Source: Bdellovibrionota bacterium (GTDB lineage Bacteria > Bdellovibrionota_C > UBA2361 > OMIW01). From it: a stretch of DNA of 11,693 bases. Below the pieces are notes generated by a model. It made no database searches. It saw nothing but the letters and a program-made list of their open reading frames with translations, and was not told the DNA's origin. The stretch spans positions 1-11,693 of the forward strand of contig JBIJBT010000081.1 of the NCBI GenBank assembly GCA_044345055.1. The letters run 5' to 3'. Position numbers and translations under genes: made by a program. Shown in pieces: positions 6,392 to 11,693 of this stretch (positions are counted from its first letter, which is position 1; each line of letters starts with the position of its first letter).

Positions 6392-7489
6392 GTGAACATG
6401 TCAGACATTGAACAGATATCCCTCCCCAATCCGACCGAATCGCTCAAGGTTTGTATCGAGCGTAATCCAAAGCTGTTGCAATCCATTAAAGAGAGCCCGT
6501 CTCGGTTTCGGGTTCTTACTGGAGATCGAACGACCGGTGCGCTTCACGTTGGGCACTATTTTGGTTCGTTAAAAAATCGAGTATTGCTACAAAATTGGGG
6601 CGTCGATGTCTTTGTCCTTCTTGCCGACTATCAGGCGATCACCGATAGAAATGTGACATCAGGAATATCCAATAGTGTCGCACAGATTCTTCTCGATTAT
6701 CTCGCTATCGGTATTGATCCAGCGAAATCAACCATCTTCTGTCATAGCATGATACCGGCACTCAATCAGCTGATGCTCCCTTTTTTGAGTGTGATCAGTA
6801 TGTCGGAGCTTCAGAAAAATCCGACCGTAAAAGACGAGATCGCGATGGCGGGGGCTCAGGCGGTAAGTGGATTGATGATGACATATCCCGTGCATCAGGC
6901 GGCAGATATTCTCTTTTGTCGTGGTAATGTCGTGCCGGGGGGCAAGGATCAGCTACCTCACATCGAGTTGACGCGAGTGATAGCGCGGAGGATGAATAAC
7001 CTCTACTTCGAAGGGGCGCCCTATTTCCCTGAAACGGAGCTTCTGCTGAGTAACGCGCCGTTACTTCTCGGGTTAGATGGACGAAAAATGGGTAAAAGCC
7101 TCAACAATGCGATCTTTTTGGGGATGTCAGAAGATGAGACAGCACATCTCATCAAGGGAGCAAAGACCGATTCAAATCGGACGATATCCTACGACCCGGA
7201 TAATCGCCCTGAGGTGTCTAACCTCCTTCTTCTTTGTTCGCTCTGTTTAGGAGTTGTGCCCGAACAAATCGCTGAAGAGATCGGCGATGGAGGAGCGGGT
7301 ACGCTCAAGCGAAAACTGACCGAGGCATTAAATGAATATTTCAGGGAAATCCGTACCCGCAGACGGGAAATAGCAGAAGATATGGGGTATGTTTTTTCGG
7401 TGTTGCGTGAAGGAAATCAAAAGGCAAACGCCATCGCCGACGAGACCCTCGCGGCGGTGCGCAAGGGGATGCGGATGGTTTATTATTGA
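6392..7489 (+). CDS. trpS: Tryptophan--tRNA ligase (TrpRS II-like type)
   Basis: VLTGDRTTGALHVGHYFGSL (HIGH region), DYLAIGIDP, YPVHQAADIL, GKDQLPHIE and KMGKS (KMSKS variant). Start is GTG 6392 or ATG 6398. Confidence 0.96.
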   Translation: MNMSDIEQISLPNPTESLKVCIERNPKLLQSIKESPSRFRVLTGDRTTGALHVGHYFGSLKNRVLLQNWGVDVFVLLADYQAITDRNVTSGISNSVAQILLDYLAIGIDPAKSTIFCHSMIPALNQLMLPFLSVISMSELQKNPTVKDEIAMAGAQAVSGLMMTYPVHQAADILFCRGNVVPGGKDQLPHIELTRVIARRMNNLYFEGAPYFPETELLLSNAPLLLGLDGRKMGKSLNNAIFLGMSEDETAHLIKGAKTDSNRTISYDPDNRPEVSNLLLLCSLCLGVVPEQIAEEIGDGGAGTLKRKLTEALNEYFREIRTRRREIAEDMGYVFSVLREGNQKANAIADETLAAVRKGMRMVYY

Positions 7490-7712
7490 GGGAAAGAGGA
7501 GCGGTGTTTATTGGGCCGAATAACATGCTTCTTGCAAGGGCAAACAGGTGCCGGTCATCACCGAAAGCGAGGAGCTTTCTTGAAAAAGAACAGTGTGTCG
7601 GGTTATTGATGATGCTGGGTTCCTGCTGACTATATTTGCGGCTTCATCGCCACATGAAGAGAAGCCACAGGAAGAGTGAGGAGTGCCCAAAATTCTGTGA
7701 GAAACGAAACGT

Positions 7713-8456
7713 ATGCTTCCACTCCGCCACCCCAGCCGTTTGTTCTGCATTTTATTTTCGCTCTTTTTATGGGCTGTAAACTGCAATGCACAGGGCGCCA
7801 ACAAAACGTTCGAAGGAAAGTCCTACTCGATCTACCGCGTTGATCTAATCCATCAAAAGCTCGAACTCCTAACAACTGATGATAATGGCAAGCGGCTTCG
7901 AAATCCGGCTGATCTCAAAACTCTTGGCGCCAAAAGGGCCAAACAGCTTATATTTGCAACAAATTCAGGTATTTTTGATCGAACATTTTCTCCTCTAGGA
8001 CTTCACATCGAACAAGGCAGACGACTAGTTCCTCTCAATACGAACAATGGTGAAGGGAATTTTTTCATGAAGCCGAATGGGGTTTTCTTGATTAAAGGAA
8101 CAAAGGCCTCGATCGTGGATGCTAATTTATTCGATCGAAATAGTCCCGCTGATTATGCTGCACAATCTGGTCCCCTTTTGCTATTAGCCGGTTCAATTAA
8201 TCACTCCTTCAATCTAAATTCGAATAATCGCCTCCTTAGAAGTGGTGTTGGAGTTCGCGGAGATTCTGAGGCCATTTTTGCAATTTCAAATCATCCAGTC
8301 ACGTTTCACGAATTCGCTCGTTTCTTTCGTGATGAACTCGGATGTGGCTCAGCGCTGTATCTCGACGGAGTTATCTCGGTGATGTACGCCCCCGATATCG
8401 ATCGAGAGCAGGTATCTGGAAACTTTGCAGCAATGTTCGCCGTCTTTGATGACTAG
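7713..8456 (+). CDS. Phosphodiester glycosidase family protein (NAGPA/DUF2233, YigE-like), probably exported
   Basis: Hydrophobic signal-peptide-like N-terminus. Motifs FATNSGIF, PLGLHIE, GNFFMKPNGVF, AAQSGPLL, RSGVGV and ALYLDGVIS. Confidence 0.85.
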   Translation: MLPLRHPSRLFCILFSLFLWAVNCNAQGANKTFEGKSYSIYRVDLIHQKLELLTTDDNGKRLRNPADLKTLGAKRAKQLIFATNSGIFDRTFSPLGLHIEQGRRLVPLNTNNGEGNFFMKPNGVFLIKGTKASIVDANLFDRNSPADYAAQSGPLLLLAGSINHSFNLNSNNRLLRSGVGVRGDSEAIFAISNHPVTFHEFARFFRDELGCGSALYLDGVISVMYAPDIDREQVSGNFAAMFAVFDD

Positions 8457-8588
8457 ACGAATAAAATAGGAATTGACTCTCACCCATTCTAAAAAAATCA
8501 AATCACCTTAAATCGCTCGAGACAATGCTATTGTAATTCCGGGCAACCTCTTCCTCGATGCCTAACTTTAGGCCTCAGAGTTATAGAG

Positions 8589-9254
8589 CTATTCGATCGT
8601 TGCCTCATACCTAGTTGGATCAGACACACCGGCGAGCGCAAATGCTTCGCGCCGTTCGGTGCACGTTCCACATCGACCGCAATGTAGTTCGCCCCCGTTG
8701 TAGCAGCTCCAGGTTAACTCAAAGGGGACATTAAGCTCTGCGCCTCTGCGGCATATATCCGTCTTAGTCCATCCGATAAAGGGGCGAAGCAGCGAGACCT
8801 CATGCCAGTCGGCACGACGAATTGCCTCTGCGAGCGGGGTGACAAATTCCTCGCGACAATCGGGGTATATAGCGTGATCTCCGTGGTGTGCGCCGTACGC
8901 AATCGCATCGAACTTTTCATTGATAGCCCACGATGCAGCAACCGAAAGTAGTATCATGTTGCGATTTGGCACCACCGTAATCCGCATTGAGTCGTCTTGA
9001 TAATGACCTTCAGGGATAGTGCTGTTTGTATTGGTGAGGGCGCTTGCCGAGAGTAGGGGGGCAATAGAGGAGAGATCTACTTCGCGGTGTTCGATCGAAA
9101 GGAGTTTGCATAGAGCCCGTGCTGCATCTAGCTCGCGGCTGTGTCGCTGTCCATAATTAACGCTCAGGGCTTTAACTTCGTGTCCCTCGTGCAAGAGATG
9201 ATGTAGCAGAACGGTTGAATCCATTCCGCCCGAAAAAACAACAACAATCTTCAT
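8589..9254 (-). CDS. queC: 7-cyano-7-deazaguanine (preQ0) synthase
   Basis: SGGMDS PP-loop, YGQRH, VPNRN, YPDCR and Zn-binding TWSCY...HCGRCGTC. Confidence 0.97.
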   Translation of the reverse strand: MKIVVVFSGGMDSTVLLHHLLHEGHEVKALSVNYGQRHSRELDAARALCKLLSIEHREVDLSSIAPLLSASALTNTNSTIPEGHYQDDSMRITVVPNRNMILLSVAASWAINEKFDAIAYGAHHGDHAIYPDCREEFVTPLAEAIRRADWHEVSLLRPFIGWTKTDICRRGAELNVPFELTWSCYNGGELHCGRCGTCTERREAFALAGVSDPTRYEATIE

Positions 9255-9282
9255 GATCTATTTTGGTTTAATTGCATAGAAC

Positions 9283-9312
9283 TTGTGCTGGATGGAATAT
9301 CCCCGCTACGAT
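9283..9312 (+). promoter_or_regulatory. Possible sigma70-type promoter for queF
   Basis: TTGTGC (9283-9288), 18-bp spacer, TACGAT (9307-9312). Consensus similarity only. Confidence 0.25.
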
Positions 9313-9348
9313 ACCGCAGTTTTGTTTTTGTTGCCATTTTGATTACCC

Positions 9349-10194
9349 ATGAAAAATCCTCTCGGCCAGGCTGTTTCTTATCCCACGACGTATACCCCTG
9401 AGCTTCTTTTTCCGATCGAGCGCTCGTCCTATCGCTCCATAATCGGAAGCTCGTCGCTCCCGCTTCGTGGCAGTGATCTCTGGAGATGCTATGAGTTCTC
9501 GTGGCTCCAACAGGAGCGGCCGCCAGCGATTGCGGTCATCGAGATCTTAGTTCCCGCTGATTCGCCCCGCATCGTCGAATCAAAAAGCCTCAAGCTCTAC
9601 CTCGGAAGTTTCGCACAATCCTACTTTGCAACGTTTGAAGATGTCAGGCAGACGATTGAGCGAGATATTTCTGCGGTGGTCGGAGCGCGTGTCGAGGTGC
9701 TTCTTCTTCCGCCGATTGAGTGGGCATCAAAGCTTGCGGTTAGTTCACCGCGCGGCGAGTGCATCGATACTATTGCGGTCGGTTGTTCTGTGTTCGAACC
9801 CGATCCGAGCCTTCTGCAATTGTCGCAGAGTAACGAGGCAATCGAGTCGGGTAAGGCCGTTATACAACGGTGGTATTCAGAGCTCCTCCGCACGAGATGC
9901 CCCGTCACGCAGCAGCCCGATTGGGGAACGGTCGAGATCTGTATCTCTGGTCCTCGAATAGAACCAGCATCGCTTCTTCAGTATATCGTATCGTTCCGCG
10001 AGCATCTTGGATTTCACGAAGAGTGTTGTGAGCGAATATTTAGCGACATCAGCCGAGCCTTTGCACCGGATGCCTTAAGTGTTCTCTGCTCCTTTACCCG
10101 TCGCGGCGGAATCGATATCTCACCACTCCGTTATCAGGGGTCGACAGAGTTAATCGGGGGATTATTTGAACCTCGACGGCTGGTTCGACAGTAG
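9349..10194 (+). CDS. queF: NADPH-dependent 7-cyano-7-deazaguanine reductase, bimodular (type II)
   Basis: YTPELLFPIER, DLWRCYEFSWL, IVESKSLKLYL, catalytic CPVTQQPDWG, FHEECCERIF, TRRGGIDI and the canonical C-terminus RLVRQ. Confidence 0.97.
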   Translation: MKNPLGQAVSYPTTYTPELLFPIERSSYRSIIGSSSLPLRGSDLWRCYEFSWLQQERPPAIAVIEILVPADSPRIVESKSLKLYLGSFAQSYFATFEDVRQTIERDISAVVGARVEVLLLPPIEWASKLAVSSPRGECIDTIAVGCSVFEPDPSLLQLSQSNEAIESGKAVIQRWYSELLRTRCPVTQQPDWGTVEICISGPRIEPASLLQYIVSFREHLGFHEECCERIFSDISRAFAPDALSVLCSFTRRGGIDISPLRYQGSTELIGGLFEPRRLVRQ

Positions 10195-10270
10195 GAGGCG
10201 AGGGTGGGGGATCTTAATCAGTCGCGAGCTCCGGAATTTCGACGAGGTAGCTGGGTGCGTTTCTTCTAGT

Positions 10271-10305
10271 GCTCAGAGGCATAGAGATTCTGGGACGATT
10301 GGAAT
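10271..10305 (+). repeat. Dispersed intergenic repeat, copy 3
   Basis: GCTCAGAGGCATAGAGATTC (10271-10290) is 18/20 identical to 6197-6216. It is followed by CGATTGGAAT (10296-10305), the reverse complement of ATTCCAATCG at 6169-6178. Confidence 0.7.
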
Positions 10306-10401
10306 AGTTCGCTCTGGTAAGTCGGCTGGAGCATCATTTGAAAACGGTTCTCAGGCGCTGATTATTAGAGAAAAAGGACGTACACCCTCTTCATCGAAGA
10401 T

Positions 10402-10431
10402 CCCCCCTCGAGCGGCTCTGCTCTCGGGGGG
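10402..10431. terminator. GC-rich hairpin between the convergent queF and AAA+ ATPase genes
   Basis: CCCCCC-TC-GAGCG / TGCTC-TC-GGGGGG stem, 35 nt past the ATPase stop. No clear U-tract. Confidence 0.35.
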
Positions 10432-10465
10432 CCTGCTATGAAGTTTGAGAGAGGGAAGGATGGGC

Positions 10466-11692
10466 TTACAGCCGCCGGTTTTTCCTATCCAGTTCATCTC
10501 TGTAGCGATAAACACGGAGGATAGCGGAATCAGTTGGTGATAACCCCGAATCGCCTCCTGATGATCGGTTTGACGGTATTCCGTCGAGAGGCAAAGTTGA
10601 ATCAGCTATGTCAAATACGAGCCGTCGCATTACCTCTGTGATATCTGCCCCCACAAATCCCTCAGTGGCTTTTGCAAGATCTTTACAATTGAGGCTTTTT
10701 AATGAGGCTAGTTCTGTAGCTGGTCTTTGCTGGTGACGGTTGATGCAGGCCTCGAAAATCGCCTCTCGCGCGGCTTCGTCGGGATAATCGATAATGATGG
10801 TCCGGTCGAGACGCCCCGCTCGGGTAATAGCAGGATCCAACATCTCTGGTTTGTTGGTTGCGCCGAGAAAAATAACACCCTCCCTACTTGCCATGCCATC
10901 GAGCTTTTTGAGCAACTCGGTCAGAACCCGCCTCGATGGTTCACTAGCCAAATCTCTATTAGGGGCAAGAGCTTCGAGCTCATCAACGAACAACACACAC
11001 GGGGTTCTGACACCCTCAAATATTTCAGAGAGCCGTTTCTCTGATTCGCCGTAAAGCGAATTGAGCACATCTGATGTTGAGACGTGATAAAATGCGACCC
11101 CGAGCTCTTTGCACATAGCCTTCGCGAACATAGTCTTTCCGGTTCCCGGAGGGCCGGCAAAAAGAATTCCTCTGGGTGGCTCGACGCCAAAGGATTTGAA
11201 GTGTTCTTCATTCTCGAAGAGTCGGATAAGTTGTCGAATCTCTTGCTTGACCTCATCGTACCCGCCTATATCCGCCAGCGTTACGTTAGAGGTAGCGACC
11301 AACTTCTCGATATCTACTCCTGGTTCGCTAAGGATACCTCCGGAAGATGGTCCAGCGCTCACGTTAATGTTTCGCTCGGCGGGGTACATTTCAAGCTTTA
11401 GGTTCCCGTCTGTCACCCCCAGGTGTTGAAGAAGTGTGTCGAAGTAGACTTCAATACCCTCTTTAACTGCATTAAGACGATCCGTTAACGTGCGGCCCTG
11501 TCGATCAGGGTTGATTGTGATGTGGCCGCTGTTTGTGAAACCATCGAGAACACTTATGATCTCTTTAGCAGTTGGGTTCTCAGCAAGTCGCTTGAGGGCG
11601 TCGGCCTTTACATCTACCATTAGGCTCTGTTTTGTGAGCATGTCCAAGGACTTGCAATCGAAAAAAGCTTCACAGTCCGGACAAATGAAAAG
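10466..11692 (-). CDS. AAA+ ATPase of the CDC48/FtsH/PAN clade, possibly 5'-partial
   Basis: TLADIGGYDEVKQEI, PPRGILFAGPPGTGKT (Walker A), pore loop SLYGESE, VLFVDE (Walker B), GATNKPEMLDPAITRAGRLD (SRH), TEGFVGADI. The frame has no stop from the ORF-track start (11647) to the window edge. Confidence 0.9.
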   Translation of the reverse strand, partial: LFICPDCEAFFDCKSLDMLTKQSLMVDVKADALKRLAENPTAKEIISVLDGFTNSGHITINPDRQGRTLTDRLNAVKEGIEVYFDTLLQHLGVTDGNLKLEMYPAERNINVSAGPSSGGILSEPGVDIEKLVATSNVTLADIGGYDEVKQEIRQLIRLFENEEHFKSFGVEPPRGILFAGPPGTGKTMFAKAMCKELGVAFYHVSTSDVLNSLYGESEKRLSEIFEGVRTPCVLFVDELEALAPNRDLASEPSRRVLTELLKKLDGMASREGVIFLGATNKPEMLDPAITRAGRLDRTIIIDYPDEAAREAIFEACINRHQQRPATELASLKSLNCKDLAKATEGFVGADITEVMRRLVFDIADSTLPLDGIPSNRSSGGDSGLSPTDSAILRVYRYRDELDRKNRRL

Positions 11693-11693
11693 T

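Noticed and set aside
8557..8576. GCCTAA-CT-TTAGGC palindrome as the queC terminator or a DtxR-type box
   Set aside because: The stem is short, there is no U-tract, and it sits between convergent genes where an operator is unlikely.
3265..10194. Genome-wide reassignment of TAG to a sense codon
   Set aside because: TAG ends queF right after its canonical C-terminus RLVRQ. It also ends queC, the DUF2233 gene and the CYTH gene at plausible lengths, so it is a normal stop in this genome.
111..11429. Short alternative-frame and antisense ORFs in the track (e.g. 111-638, 1276-1701, 3005-3346, 4612-4863, 7508-7804, 10166-10441, 10921-11256)
   Set aside because: They overlap well-supported genes or repeat-containing spacers and show no recognisable motifs.
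1..11693. One functional system linking SufS-E, DHS-like, TrpRS and QueC/F (tRNA modification or 7-deazaguanine DNA modification island)
   Set aside because: The genes have mixed orientations and separate spacers, and there are no dpdA/tgt-like, queD/E or defence genes. It looks like ordinary juxtaposition.
1..11693. CRISPR array, IS element or integron
   Set aside because: There are no regularly spaced repeats and no transposase or integrase ORF. The repeat copies are kilobases apart and in mixed orientation.

Overview
Bacterial chromosomal window with mostly housekeeping genes. In order: an Rrf2/IscR-like regulator, a SufS-SufE fusion cysteine desulfurase, a CYTH-domain protein, a deoxyhypusine-synthase-like gene, an AAA_14/DUF4143-type ATPase, a type-II-like tryptophanyl-tRNA synthetase, a secreted phosphodiester-glycosidase-family protein, divergent queC and queF, and a CDC48/FtsH-clade AAA+ ATPase whose frame runs off the right edge. 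The clearest anomaly is the DHS-like gene (4579->3479). It is a single continuous reading frame interrupted by one in-frame TAG where homologues have Tyr. The intergenic DNA is also structured. A 20-25 bp repeat (core AGAGGCAYAGA) occurs in three or four spacers, and two copies lie inverted around the DHS+ATPase block, each with an outer GTTTGC-N15-GCAAAC box. There is also a cloverleaf-like fold and a possible switch-like leader before the DHS-like gene. I see no transposase, integrase, rRNA, canonical tRNA or CRISPR array. All family assignments come from recognised motifs, not from database searches.
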